From an uncultured Eubacteriaceae bacterium (GTDB taxonomy: Bacteria > Bacillota > Clostridia > Eubacteriales > UBA1433), in the NCBI GenBank assembly GCA_937880125.1, contig CALFLU010000103.1, positions 1 through 63,925 of the forward strand: a DNA stretch of 63,925 nucleotides, in the 5' to 3' direction. The number at the start of each line of letters is the position of its first letter. Positions within the stretch are counted from its first letter, which is position 1. Under the pieces are notes generated by a model. It had not been told where the DNA came from. It worked only from the letters and a program-made list of their open reading frames with translations, and did not search any database. Below are positions 18,089 through 28,164 of this stretch, piece after piece. The translations under genes were made by a program, and so were the position numbers.

Positions 18089-19783
18089 TTATTTCAAAAA
18101 TTGTTTGATGTCCAACACGCCGCCTTTGTCGGCACTCTTTGCCAGTGCTGCGTAGCGAGCCAAATAGCCTTCCAATTGTTTGGGCTCATACTTCCATTCC
18201 GCCTTGCGTTTTGCCAGTTCTTCATCGGAAACATGAAGCGTCAGCTTTTTGTTAATGACATCAACGGTAATATCATCGCCGTCTTTGATTAAGGCAATAG
18301 GTCCGCCCAACGCGGCCTCAGGGGATACATGTCCCACAAAGCAGCCGTTGTTGGTACCCGAAAAACGCCCGTCGGTCACAAGGGCTGTGGTTTGTGCCAG
18401 ACCCTGCCCATACAGCAGCTTCATCGGTGTATACATTTCACGCATACCCGGTCCGCCTTTGGGGCCTTCATAACGAATAACCACCACATCACCGTCTTTG
18501 ATTTTCAGCGCTTCCAACGCCAAGGTGCAGTCTTCTTCGCTGTCAAAACAAATGGCTTTTCCTGTAAACTGGCGCACTTCTTCGGCAATGGCCGCCGGTT
18601 TTGCAACCGCGGTGTCCGGTGCCAAGTTGCCGCGCATAATGGCTACGCCGCCAAGGGTGCTGTGCGGATTATCGAGCGTGCGAATCAAGTCGTCATTGGG
18701 TGCATACATATACACATAGTTATCGATATTTTCGCCCATGGTGTCTGCCGTTACCGTCATCACATCGAGGTTAAGCTTGTCTTTGATATGAGACATTACT
18801 TTGGGTATGCCCCCTGCTTTGTAAAAATCTTCCATGTCGTATACAAGCGAGGAGGGATTCACGCTGGCAATATGCGGCACCAAGTCGCTTTGTCTGTCAA
18901 ATTCTTCCAACACTTTGTCGGTATCAATACCCAGTTCATAAGCAAGCGCCGGCAAGTGCAATACCGCGTTGGTGCTGCCGCCTGTGGCCATGCAAACCGC
19001 AATGGCGTTTTGAATGGATTCAAAGGTCAGTATCTGTCGTGCCGTAATGCCTTTTTGCACGAGTTCCACAATTTTTTCTCCCGATTCCTGTGCAGAACGG
19101 AATCGCTCGGCATAAACCGCAGGAATCAGCGCGCCGCCCGGCAGCACCATACCCAAGGCTTCCGCCAAACAACACATGGTGTTGGCTGTACCGTAAAATG
19201 CACACGAACCGCAAGTGGGGCTCACCACGTCAATCAGATTATCCAAATCTTCCTGGGTGATTTTGCCTGTTTGCAACATGCCCATGCCTTCCGTCACTGC
19301 CGTGCCGTCTGCCTTCGCTTTTTTGCCAAAGGGAGGTCCTCCCAGCATCGGGCCGCCCGGCACGATGATAGAAGGAATGTTGCACCTTGCCGCTGCCATG
19401 AGCATAGCAGGTACAATTTTGTCACAGGAACCCAGCAGGACAATGCCGTCCAGCTTATGGGCGCGTATCATGGTTTCGATGCTGTCTGCAATAATTTCTC
19501 TGGAGGGTAAAATAAAGTACATGCCTTCATGTCCCTGCGCAATGCCGTCACAACATGCAATGGTGCCGAATTCCACGGCACTGCCGCCGCCGCGATAAAT
19601 ACCTTTTTTTACAAATTCCGCAACTTGTCTCAAATTATAGTGCCCGGGCACAATTTCATTAAAGGAGTTTGCTATGCCGATAACCGGTCTTTTTAAGTCG
19701 TCTCCGCTCATGCCCATACTGGAATACAGCGGTTTTCCTAAAATATCGTCGACCATTGCCTTTTGTTTATTATCTTTTTCCAT
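18089..19783 (-). CDS. ilvD: IlvD/Edd-family dehydratase, paralog 1 (dihydroxy-acid dehydratase-like)
   Basis: 564-aa ORF with [50 protein letters not shown] and TDGRFSG. Confidence 0.85.
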   Translation of the reverse strand: MEKDNKQKAMVDDILGKPLYSSMGMSGDDLKRPVIGIANSFNEIVPGHYNLRQVAEFVKKGIYRGGGSAVEFGTIACCDGIAQGHEGMYFILPSREIIADSIETMIRAHKLDGIVLLGSCDKIVPAMLMAAARCNIPSIIVPGGPMLGGPPFGKKAKADGTAVTEGMGMLQTGKITQEDLDNLIDVVSPTCGSCAFYGTANTMCCLAEALGMVLPGGALIPAVYAERFRSAQESGEKIVELVQKGITARQILTFESIQNAIAVCMATGGSTNAVLHLPALAYELGIDTDKVLEEFDRQSDLVPHIASVNPSSLVYDMEDFYKAGGIPKVMSHIKDKLNLDVMTVTADTMGENIDNYVYMYAPNDDLIRTLDNPHSTLGGVAIMRGNLAPDTAVAKPAAIAEEVRQFTGKAICFDSEEDCTLALEALKIKDGDVVVIRYEGPKGGPGMREMYTPMKLLYGQGLAQTTALVTDGRFSGTNNGCFVGHVSPEAALGGPIALIKDGDDITVDVINKKLTLHVSDEELAKRKAEWKYEPKQLEGYLARYAALAKSADKGGVLDIKQFLK

Positions 19784-19819
19784 CCTTGTTTTCCTTTCTC
19801 ATTAAACGTATTTTCGTTC

Positions 19820-21505
19820 TTATTCCAACACGCCGCCTTTATCGGCTGATTTTGCCAACTTTGCATAGCGTGCAAGGTAACCTTTTGTCTTTTTCGGTTC
19901 ATATTTCCAGGATTTTTTGCGTTCGGCCAACTCTTCATCCGACACATCCAGTGTCAGGCTCTTGTTGATGACATCAATGGTGATTTTATCTCCGTCTCTA
20001 ACCAGCGCAAGGGGTCCACCCACCGCGGCTTCAGGCGATATATGCCCCACAAAGCAGCCGTTGTTAGTGCCCGAAAAACGCCCGTCGGTAATCAGCGCCG
20101 TGCAAGTTGCCAATCCCTGGCCGTTTAAGAATTTCATGGGCTGATACATCTCGCGCATGCCCGGTCCGCCCTTGGGGCCTTCGTAGCGAACAACTACCAC
20201 ATGCCCGGGTTTCACTTTCAACGCTTTTAGCGCTTCAGAGCACTCTTCTTCGCTGTCAAAGCAAATAGCCTCTCCCGTAAACTGACGCACTTCTTCAGCG
20301 ATCGCTGCGGGTTTTGCCACGCCGCTGTCAGGCGCCAAATTGCCGCGCATGATGGCAAGACCACCCAGGGTGCTGTGCGGATTGTCAATCGTACGCACCA
20401 AATCATCGTCTGCGGGATAAGCAAATCTGTATTCGTCCAGGTTTTCTTCCATGGTTTTGCCTGTTACAGTGAGCGCATTTGGCTGGATGTATTGTTTAAT
20501 ATTTTGCATAACTTTCGGCACGCCCCCTGCTTTATACCAGTCTTCCATGTCCCAAACATTGGACGCAGGATTGACTGTTACAATAACAGGCACCAGCGAG
20601 CTTTGTCTGTCAAATTCTTCCAACACTTTGTCAGTGTCCATGCCCAGCTCATATGCCAACGCACACAGATGGATTACCGCATTGGTGCTGCCGCCCGAGG
20701 CCATGCACAATGCGATTGCATTTTGAATGGCTTCAAAGGTGAGTACCTGTGTGGAAGTAATGCCTTTTTTGACCAATTCCACGATTTTTTCGCCCGAAGC
20801 CTGCGCGGCGCGAAAACGCTCTGCATACACGGCCGGTATCAACGCGGAACCCGGCAGGGAAAGACCCAGCGCTTCTGCAATGGCGCTCATGGTATTGGCC
20901 GTGCCATACATGGAGCAAGAGCCGCAGGTGGGCATTGTCAGCATGGCAAGGTTGCGCACTTCCTGTTCAGTTGCTTTTCCCACTTGCATCATGCCCATGG
21001 CTTCCGTAAACGCCGTGCCGTCTGTTTTTTGTTTTTTACCGAATGCGGGACCCCCGAGCATCGGTCCGCCGGCAACAAAAATCGTGGGAATATCAACCCT
21101 GGCTGCTGCCATGAGCATACCGGGAACGATTTTGTCGCAGGAGCCGAGCATAATCAGCCCATCCAAACGATGTGCTTTGACCATAGTCTCGATGCTGTCG
21201 GCAATGACTTCTCTGGAAGGAAGTACATAAAAGTTTCCTTCGTGTGCCGAAGCCACGCCATCACAGCAGGCAATGGTACCAAATTCCACAGCGGTGCCGC
21301 CGCCGCGATAAATACCTTTTTTTACAAATTCCGCTACTTGTCTCAGGTTCATATGCCCCGGAACAATTTCATTAAAGGAGTTCGCTATACCGATAATCGG
21401 CCTTTTAAAGTCTTCTTCCGAGCAACCATATGCTCCCAAAAACATCAAGTTGTTCAAATCTTCAATTTTTTCGGCAGAAAAATTTGGTTTGTATTCTTTT
21501 TCCAT
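19820..21505 (-). CDS. ilvD: IlvD/Edd-family dehydratase, paralog 2 (tandem duplicate)
   Basis: 561-aa ORF, collinear with paralog 1 and roughly three-quarters identical by eye. It carries the same family motifs. Confidence 0.85.
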   Translation of the reverse strand: MEKEYKPNFSAEKIEDLNNLMFLGAYGCSEEDFKRPIIGIANSFNEIVPGHMNLRQVAEFVKKGIYRGGGTAVEFGTIACCDGVASAHEGNFYVLPSREVIADSIETMVKAHRLDGLIMLGSCDKIVPGMLMAAARVDIPTIFVAGGPMLGGPAFGKKQKTDGTAFTEAMGMMQVGKATEQEVRNLAMLTMPTCGSCSMYGTANTMSAIAEALGLSLPGSALIPAVYAERFRAAQASGEKIVELVKKGITSTQVLTFEAIQNAIALCMASGGSTNAVIHLCALAYELGMDTDKVLEEFDRQSSLVPVIVTVNPASNVWDMEDWYKAGGVPKVMQNIKQYIQPNALTVTGKTMEENLDEYRFAYPADDDLVRTIDNPHSTLGGLAIMRGNLAPDSGVAKPAAIAEEVRQFTGEAICFDSEEECSEALKALKVKPGHVVVVRYEGPKGGPGMREMYQPMKFLNGQGLATCTALITDGRFSGTNNGCFVGHISPEAAVGGPLALVRDGDKITIDVINKSLTLDVSDEELAERKKSWKYEPKKTKGYLARYAKLAKSADKGGVLE

Positions 21506-21716
21506 AAATAACCTCCGTCTTTATATTCTGTGCTTATTTCATTATACTATAATCCTAAAACGAACAACAGCACTTTCTGCATGAATTCTTCAAATCATCT
21601 CTACTGATGTATTCGGAAAACTTTATTAAGATTTAATATTTAAATAATGTATTTTTAATTAAAATCGCGTATACTGACATCATGAACAGTTTACTGTTCG
21701 ATAGGAAATTGATAAA

Positions 21717-21965
21717 ATGAAGGGAATTAATCCATCGATGAAAAAAAGATTATATAAAGACAAGTCCACCGGTTTTTTTGCAGGTGTTTGCTCTGGAATC
21801 GCCCAATATTTTGATATTGACCCCACCTTTGTGCGTATTTTATGTGTATTGCTCGCACTTGTAAGCTTTTCTTTGGGCGCTATACTCTATATCGTTCTCA
21901 TCTTTATCCTACCCGATAAGTCCGAGATCGGCTTTACGGATTATGATATTAAAGATGATAAATAA
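21717..21965 (+). CDS. PspC-domain membrane protein
   Basis: 82-aa ORF with RLYKDKSTGFFAGVCSGIAQYFDIDPTFVRILCVLLAL, the PspC domain pattern, plus one TM segment. Confidence 0.8.
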   Translation: MKGINPSMKKRLYKDKSTGFFAGVCSGIAQYFDIDPTFVRILCVLLALVSFSLGAILYIVLIFILPDKSEIGFTDYDIKDDK

Positions 21966-21979
21966 CACCGCCACAAAAT

Positions 21980-22008
21980 AAAAAAACAGACACAGCGTCT
22001 GTTTTTTT
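21980..22008 (+). terminator. intrinsic terminator after the PspC-domain gene
   Basis: CAGAC-ACAGC-GTCTG followed by TTTTTTT. Confidence 0.7.
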
Positions 22009-22013
22009 GTGTC

Positions 22014-22382
22014 TTGGGCATGATTTCATTGACTAATAGCCTGATTGCTGATAAAATGAGTCGAATAAAAAATTATCGCAAAACACATGGAGGCTTTCAG
22101 GTGGAAGGATATTTAAAATGGGCAAAAGCACTCAAAATAGGATTTTATGTTGCAATCCCCATTAACATTGCAATTTTAGTTTATACCATCTATTCAAAAA
22201 ATTTCTCTAATCTGTTGATACTGCTCATCACCGTCATTTTTACCGTATGGATGAAAGTACAAAGCAAACAGATGGTGGAAATTTACAACAAAAACCCCGA
22301 CGGTGAAGTTGTGGATTTGTTGTACTTAAAATATAAAGAGCGCGAATACATCAAAGCACAGAAAAAAAATAAGAAAAAATAA
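22014..22382 (+). CDS. small two-TM membrane protein, unknown function
   Basis: 122-aa ORF (TTG start, or ATG at 22020) with a lysine-rich C-terminus. The SD is weak. Confidence 0.4.
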   Translation: MGMISLTNSLIADKMSRIKNYRKTHGGFQVEGYLKWAKALKIGFYVAIPINIAILVYTIYSKNFSNLLILLITVIFTVWMKVQSKQMVEIYNKNPDGEVVDLLYLKYKEREYIKAQKKNKKK

Positions 22383-22391
22383 TTCATATTT

Positions 22392-22419
22392 AAAAAGAGG
22401 CATTTAGCCTCTTTTTTTA
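22392..22419. terminator. bidirectional terminator between convergent genes
   Basis: AAGAGGC-ATTTA-GCCTCTT flanked by A and T runs. Confidence 0.75.
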
Positions 22420-23577
22420 TCAGCGATAACTTTTTTGCTCGTCTGTCAATTCAACTCGATATTCACACTTTTGAACAACATATTCAAATGTTTCGCCGGT
22501 CTCCGGTTTTGTTGCCAAATTTCGTTGCTCCGAAAAGAGAATAGTGTCTTCTCCGCTCCAAACAACTTTTCGGCTCGACAAACGAATATCGGATACCAGC
22601 CTTATATTTGCAATGCCGTTCTTTAAATCCACCAACCCAAGGTGAATTGTGCTTGCACCGTCCTTTGCTCGTTCAATATAGACTGCCTTGTTTCCCGACG
22701 GAGAAAAAAATACGTTTTCCACCAACCCGCTCTTCAAATAAGTTTTTCTGTTTTGGTGAATGTTATAGGAATATATTTGACTTCCGCCTTCTGCTTTGGT
22801 GATATAGACAATGGTTGCCGTTTCTTCGTTTGCATCAAAATCTTCTGTTGTCGAATCAATGGTTTTCATTTTTTTATTGGTAATGTCAATTACATGCAGC
22901 GGTGTCTGTTTGGTTTTTTGATTTTCGGAAAGACACACAACAAGTTGTGATTGAGGAAAAAAGCAGACTTTTTTAACCGAAAGCCTCTCGCCCAAATCAA
23001 ATATGATTCTCTTTTCTCCGGCGGCGTTTGCCAGTACAATTTTTCCGTCCTGCGTGCCATAGATCGTCTCTTCGCCGGCACGGCTGATTTCGGTGCTTAT
23101 TTTATCATCAGCGCCCGCAATACTCACTGTCTTTGAATTGTCAATCGTGGTATACATCAGCTCTCTGCGCTGACGCGCATCACTGCTTACATAAAATACA
23201 CCGGCCATGTCCTTTGCAAAACAGGCGCTGATGTGGTTGGTCAAATCAAAATTGAATACGCTCGTTTGTTTCGTGGATACATTATATAAATTGACGCTCA
23301 TATATTTTTTGCCGGCATCAATGCCCGTTTGAATGTCTGATTGCATGGGAAGGGTCACCAAATAATTGCCGCTGGTTTGATCCACGTCATAGATAATGCC
23401 GGGGCAAACTTGCTCATAAGAAACAATATTTGCCTGATCAATCGAAGTGGAGGTTGCAATTTGTGTTCTCTCCACTAAGATAGGAATATCCCGTTTAATA
23501 TAAAGCTTTGTATGCACTGTGCTGAGCACTGCTGCCAGTGCCACCACAATCAAAATAACCGAAAAATACTTTTTCAT
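22420..23577 (-). CDS. membrane-anchored extracytoplasmic protein (beta-rich, possibly propeller-like), accessory to the two-component system
   Basis: The ATG at 23577 lies 1 nt after the kinase stop. N-terminus MKKYFSVILIVVALAAVL acts as signal or anchor. The repetitive beta-strand-like sequence has no recognisable catalytic motif. Confidence 0.55.
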   Translation of the reverse strand: MKKYFSVILIVVALAAVLSTVHTKLYIKRDIPILVERTQIATSTSIDQANIVSYEQVCPGIIYDVDQTSGNYLVTLPMQSDIQTGIDAGKKYMSVNLYNVSTKQTSVFNFDLTNHISACFAKDMAGVFYVSSDARQRRELMYTTIDNSKTVSIAGADDKISTEISRAGEETIYGTQDGKIVLANAAGEKRIIFDLGERLSVKKVCFFPQSQLVVCLSENQKTKQTPLHVIDITNKKMKTIDSTTEDFDANEETATIVYITKAEGGSQIYSYNIHQNRKTYLKSGLVENVFFSPSGNKAVYIERAKDGASTIHLGLVDLKNGIANIRLVSDIRLSSRKVVWSGEDTILFSEQRNLATKPETGETFEYVVQKCEYRVELTDEQKSYR

Positions 23578-23578
23578 T

Positions 23579-25390
23579 TTATATCTCTTCCTTTTCCAGC
23601 ACACTGTGCTTTGTAGGCAAAAGAATACTCACCAAGGTTCCTTCATTGTCTTTACTGCTTAAAATGACTTCGCCTCCGTGCTTTTCAACAATTTGTTTGA
23701 CGATCGACAGTCCCAAACCCACGCCTCCCTTTTCACGGCTTCGCTCTTCATCCACCCTGTAAAAGGCCTCAAAGACATTGCCGATCATGTTTTCGGGAAC
23801 CCCCATGCCGTAATCGCGAATATCAATGCGCACATATTGATTGACAACACTTGCCGCCACATTGATTCTGCTTCCCTCATAAGAATATTTAATGGCATTG
23901 TCCAGCACATTGATAAACACCTGCTTAATGCGGTCATAATCGCCTAAAATCGGCGGAATGTCTGTTGCGGTGTAAATGATATTGATCCCGTATTTTAAGC
24001 TCTTAATTCGCATGGCTTCAATGACTTCGCTCAATACATCATCTACATCCATATCGCTAAACACCATATCAAAATCCAATTTTTCATACTTATTAATAAC
24101 CAGCACATCATCAACAAGCCGCAAAAGCCTCTGGGCTTCTTTGCCTATGGTTTCCAGTGCCTTATTGGTAATTTCGACATTTTGTGTGCCGCGGCGATTT
24201 AGCATATCCGCATAGCCGATAATCGTTGTAAGCGGTGTTCTCAATTCATGCGAGATGCTGCTCAAAAACTTATTTTGTTCCTTGACAATCTTTTTGTCCT
24301 TTGTAATATCGCGAATAATGACAATGACATCCACACTCTCCACTGCTTCACCAGCATATTTTGCAACAACATAAAGATTTTTATCCGCATATTCAATTTC
24401 TTTATAAACCGTTTCTTCTGTTGCGCGCAGCAACATCACCAGCTCTTCCACTTCGCCGAGCATAGACAATTTGATGTTTTGTTTTTCAACGCCGCCGTAG
24501 CCAAGCAGCGTCTGTGCGCTGTCGTTTAGCGTAATTACCCGATTGTTTTCGTCAATGGCAAGCACACCGCTTTCAATATTGCTCAGCATCAGCGTAAGCT
24601 CGGCCTGTTTTTCTTTATAATCGTCAATGCGTTTGGTAATTTCATCTGCCATCTTATTAAAATTGCTCTTCAACAGATTAATTTCATCTTTTGATTTAAA
24701 AATCACAAAACGCTTCGATAAATCTCCCTCACTCATGTCCGCGCTCATTTTTGTAATATCCGTGATCGGCGCAATCAAATTGTTGTAGGTTACCAACAAA
24801 ATCATCACGATAATCAAGATGGCTATCAACGTCGCAACCGCAAATATTTGCGTGACATACGCAATCATTTGGTCCATCATACTCATGGGATATAAATTAC
24901 GAATAATGCCTACAACCTTGTCGTCAATGACAATGGGCATCGAATACATTACAAAATTGTTTCCTGCCACTTCGCTGTAAATGTAAGCATCCTGCTTTGA
25001 GTTTAAAGCCGAAAAGGCATCGGCATAATACTGGGAGGCATCGCTGCCCAACGTGCCCATGTCCACCACGCTGCCACTGTCTGCAATCAATAAACCTTTG
25101 GAATTAAAAATCTGCACCCGTGAACCTGTCGTGATTTGATATCTCTCGGCAAGATACAGTGCATTTTCTTCAAACAGCGTATCCAACGCTGCGGCGCTAC
25201 TCTGATTTTGCAGCAAAAATTGTTTTGTGGAGGCACTGGTTTCATCGGCATACTTGCCCAACGTGGCAAGTGCACTGTTAACGGAATACCTCTCCATTGC
25301 ATTGATGATAAAAACACCCGCCAACAACATACATACAACAAAAATAATCAGGTTGTATAAAATCATTCGCAGGCGAAAACTGATGCGCAT
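23579..25390 (-). CDS. sensor histidine kinase (2 TM, HAMP, PAS-like, HisKA, HATPase_c)
   Basis: 603-aa ORF with H-box SISHELRTPLTTIIGYADML, N-box VLDNAIKYS and G-boxes DYGMGV, GGVGLGLSIV. Confidence 0.9.
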   Translation of the reverse strand: MRISFRLRMILYNLIIFVVCMLLAGVFIINAMERYSVNSALATLGKYADETSASTKQFLLQNQSSAAALDTLFEENALYLAERYQITTGSRVQIFNSKGLLIADSGSVVDMGTLGSDASQYYADAFSALNSKQDAYIYSEVAGNNFVMYSMPIVIDDKVVGIIRNLYPMSMMDQMIAYVTQIFAVATLIAILIIVMILLVTYNNLIAPITDITKMSADMSEGDLSKRFVIFKSKDEINLLKSNFNKMADEITKRIDDYKEKQAELTLMLSNIESGVLAIDENNRVITLNDSAQTLLGYGGVEKQNIKLSMLGEVEELVMLLRATEETVYKEIEYADKNLYVVAKYAGEAVESVDVIVIIRDITKDKKIVKEQNKFLSSISHELRTPLTTIIGYADMLNRRGTQNVEITNKALETIGKEAQRLLRLVDDVLVINKYEKLDFDMVFSDMDVDDVLSEVIEAMRIKSLKYGINIIYTATDIPPILGDYDRIKQVFINVLDNAIKYSYEGSRINVAASVVNQYVRIDIRDYGMGVPENMIGNVFEAFYRVDEERSREKGGVGLGLSIVKQIVEKHGGEVILSSKDNEGTLVSILLPTKHSVLEKEEI

Positions 25391-26092
25391 CTAATGTTTC
25401 CTCATTTTATATCCGATACCAAATACTGTCTCAATGTATTTTGCATTTGTAATGTCTTCAATTTTTTTGCGGATTCTTTGTATGTGCATGTCAATGGTTC
25501 TGCTGGCACCAACCCCTTCATATTCTTTCCAAACAGCTCCTACAAGGTCTTCTCGCGTGAAAACCTTGTCCAAGGAACGCATAAACAATTCCAGCAAATC
25601 AAACTCTTTTGGCGTCAGATGAATTTCTTTTCCCTTGACCAGGGCACTTCTGCCAATGACATTGATTTCAATGTCTCCGTTTTGCAAAATATGCTCCGCT
25701 AAACTTTTTTGTTCTGCTTCATTCTTGGTACTGCTGCGACGCAGCAATACCTTTATACGTGCCAACAATTCTCGCATGTCAAAGGGTTTGGTGATGTAGT
25801 CATCCGCCCCAAACTCCAAACCCAATACCTTATCCACAATATCTGTTTTGGCTGTGAGCATCAACACAGGAACATCACTGACGGCAGTAATTCTTTTGCA
25901 AATTTCGAATCCATTCATCCCCGGCAGCATAATATCCAGCAAAACCAGATCCACCTCTTCACTCTCAAAGGCTTTCAACGCCTCCAAGCCGTCATTGCAG
26001 GTAACCACCTCATATCCCTCAAATTCAAGCTCCATCTTCAACAATTCACAAATATTTACTTCATCATCCACAACTAAAATTTTCTTATTCAT
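25391..26092 (-). CDS. OmpR/PhoB-family response regulator
   Basis: Start MNKKILVVDDE follows a GAGAGGA SD. The receiver domain has the DLVLLDIMLPG aspartate, and there is a winged-helix C-terminus (RTIDMHIQRIRKKI, GIGYKM). Confidence 0.92.
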   Translation of the reverse strand: MNKKILVVDDEVNICELLKMELEFEGYEVVTCNDGLEALKAFESEEVDLVLLDIMLPGMNGFEICKRITAVSDVPVLMLTAKTDIVDKVLGLEFGADDYITKPFDMRELLARIKVLLRRSSTKNEAEQKSLAEHILQNGDIEINVIGRSALVKGKEIHLTPKEFDLLELFMRSLDKVFTREDLVGAVWKEYEGVGASRTIDMHIQRIRKKIEDITNAKYIETVFGIGYKMRKH

Positions 26093-26189
26093 ATCGTTCC
26101 TCTCAGCCCGAGTGCGTTTGAAATAATTATACACCAATTTTGCGGATTATCAAAGACAATCCGCGCAGTTGCGCCGCTCCTTTTGTGCT

Positions 26190-26232
26190 TTAAAATAAAA
26201 TGAGAGGCACATAGCTGCTTTGTGCCTCTCGC
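26190..26232 (-). terminator. intrinsic terminator after the FAD-dependent oxidoreductase gene
   Basis: GAGAGGCACA...TGTGCCTCTC stem. On the minus strand it is followed by AUUUUAUUUU. Confidence 0.75.
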
Positions 26233-26244
26233 TTGGTTTTCGAC

Positions 26245-27666
26245 TTATTTTTCTTGCGCCATCAATCGTCTTCCCATTTTGACCCCCATGGCCGAAGCCA
26301 TCATAAGCCCTCTTGTCCACCCGCTGGAATCGCCCAAACAATACAAATTTTCAATGTTGGTGCTCAAGTGCTGATCCATTTTAATGCGATTGGAATATAG
26401 TTTTATTTCCGGCGCATACAGCAATGTCTCACTGCTTGCAAATCCGCTTACCACCATATCCATCGCTTGGATAAAGCTTAAAATATTCACCAAAGTCCGA
26501 TAGGGCAGGGCTGCGCTGATATCGCCTGCAACAGCGTCTTTCAGCGTTGGTTGCACGTTGGACTGACTCAACTCCTTTTGCCAAGTTCTCTTGCCGTCCA
26601 AAATATCACCATAGCGCTGCACAAGAATCTGGTCATTGCCGAGCATGTTCACCAATTTTCCCACCATTTGCGCATAGGCAATGGGCTCATCAAAGGGTAT
26701 CGAAAAATTGTGGCTGCACAAAATGGCCAGATTGGTATTTTCCGATTTAAATTCTTTATACGAATGTCCGTTGACCAAGGCCAATCCGTCGTCGTAATTT
26801 TCCTGACTGACAAAGCCGCCCGGGTTTTGACAAAACGTGCGCACTTTATTTTTGAAAGGTTTTGGATAACCGATCAATTTTGGCTCATAGAGCAATTCAT
26901 TGACTTCTTCCATGATTTCATTGCGCACTTCCACACGCACGCCAATATCCACCGTCCCCGCCTGATGCCCGATTTTGTGCACACGGCACATTTGTTCCAA
27001 CCAATCCGCACCTTTGCGGCCGGCTGCAACAATAATGTGATCTGCGGTGTATATCTCTTCCGCCACAGCGCCTTTTTTTCCCTTTGCATCTGTTACGACA
27101 ACGCCTGTGCATATTCCGTCATCAATAATCAGGTCTTTGCACAATGTGTTGAATTTAATTTCGACATTGTCATGACTTAACAAATAATTTTGGATCTTCT
27201 GATAAATTTGATGTGCTTTTTCGGTTCCCAAATGCCTAATGGGACAATCCACCAACTTGAGTCCTGACTGGATGGCTCTGCGGCGAATGTCTTTTATTTT
27301 TTCAGGATTATCAATGCCTTCCACACGCGTCTCTGCGCCGAATTCCAAGTAGATTTTATCTGTATAATCAATAAGGGCCTGTGTTTCCGCTTCTCCAATC
27401 AGCGCCGGCAGATCCCCGCCCACTTCATAACCCAGCGACAATTTGCCGTCCGAAAACGCCCCTGCACCCGAAAATCCCGTGGTAATGTGGCAGTAAGGCT
27501 TACACTTTACGCACTGTGTTGTCTTTGCCTTCGGGCAAGACCTTTTGTCGATGGAAGCGCCCTTTTCGATCATCAAAATCTTTTTATCCGTATTATGGCG
27601 CAACATTTCCAGCGCGGTAAAGATGCCTGCGGGACCCGTCCCTACAATCAAAATATCATATTTCAT
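26245..27666 (-). CDS. FAD-dependent oxidoreductase of unknown substrate (COG2509-like)
   Basis: 473-aa ORF with an N-terminal dinucleotide fold YDILIVGTGPAGIFTA and a C-terminal GDSSGWTRGLMMASAMG. Confidence 0.75.
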   Translation of the reverse strand: MKYDILIVGTGPAGIFTALEMLRHNTDKKILMIEKGASIDKRSCPKAKTTQCVKCKPYCHITTGFSGAGAFSDGKLSLGYEVGGDLPALIGEAETQALIDYTDKIYLEFGAETRVEGIDNPEKIKDIRRRAIQSGLKLVDCPIRHLGTEKAHQIYQKIQNYLLSHDNVEIKFNTLCKDLIIDDGICTGVVVTDAKGKKGAVAEEIYTADHIIVAAGRKGADWLEQMCRVHKIGHQAGTVDIGVRVEVRNEIMEEVNELLYEPKLIGYPKPFKNKVRTFCQNPGGFVSQENYDDGLALVNGHSYKEFKSENTNLAILCSHNFSIPFDEPIAYAQMVGKLVNMLGNDQILVQRYGDILDGKRTWQKELSQSNVQPTLKDAVAGDISAALPYRTLVNILSFIQAMDMVVSGFASSETLLYAPEIKLYSNRIKMDQHLSTNIENLYCLGDSSGWTRGLMMASAMGVKMGRRLMAQEK

Positions 27667-27724
27667 AGCATTTCCTCATTTCTTCTGATGCTTCGCATCA
27701 GCTTAGTGCCATGTCTTATTGCGC

Positions 27725-27766
27725 AAAAAAATATCGCAAACGCTACTGCAGCTTGCGATATTTTTA
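27725..27766 (-). terminator. intrinsic terminator after rplL
   Basis: ATATCGCAA...TTGCGATAT is a 9-bp stem. On the minus strand it is followed by a T-run. Confidence 0.8.
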
Positions 27767-27774
27767 AACAGCAA

Positions 27775-28164
27775 TTATTTTACTTCTACGCTTCCGCCGA
27801 CTTCTTCGATTTTCGCTTTCATGTTTGCTGCTTCTTCTTTTGTAGCTGCTTCTTTGATGGTTCCGGGCGCATTATCCACCAAGTCTTTTGCTTCTTTCAA
27901 TGCAAGACCGGTCAATTCTCTTACAGCTTTTACAACTTTCAGTTTTTCTGCGCCTGCACTTGTGAGCACAACGTCAAATTCTGTTTTTTCTTCTTCTTCA
28001 GCCGCTGCTGCACCACCTGCTGCAGGAGCTGCCACTGCTGCCATTGCAACAGGCGCTGCTGCGCTTACGCCAAATTCTTCTTCTAAGGCTTTTACCAATT
28101 CAGAAAGTTCCAATACGGAAATGCTTTTAATTTCTTCAATCAATTTTTGTACTTTATCGCTCAT
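27775..28164 (-). CDS. rplL: 50S ribosomal protein L7/L12
   Basis: 129-aa ORF with an Ala-rich hinge and C-terminus [22 protein letters not shown]...VEVK. Confidence 0.97.
   Translation of the reverse strand: MSDKVQKLIEEIKSISVLELSELVKALEEEFGVSAAAPVAMAAVAAPAAGGAAAAEEEEKTEFDVVLTSAGAEKLKVVKAVRELTGLALKEAKDLVDNAPGTIKEAATKEEAANMKAKIEEVGGSVEVK

Noticed and set aside
18329-21511. Two long plus-strand ORFs (393 aa and 378 aa) inside the dehydratase paralogs
   Set aside because: They are antisense shadows of the strongly supported IlvD-family genes. Their translations are His-, Arg-, Cys- and Phe-rich and non-protein-like, and they recur in both copies only because the sense genes are duplicated.
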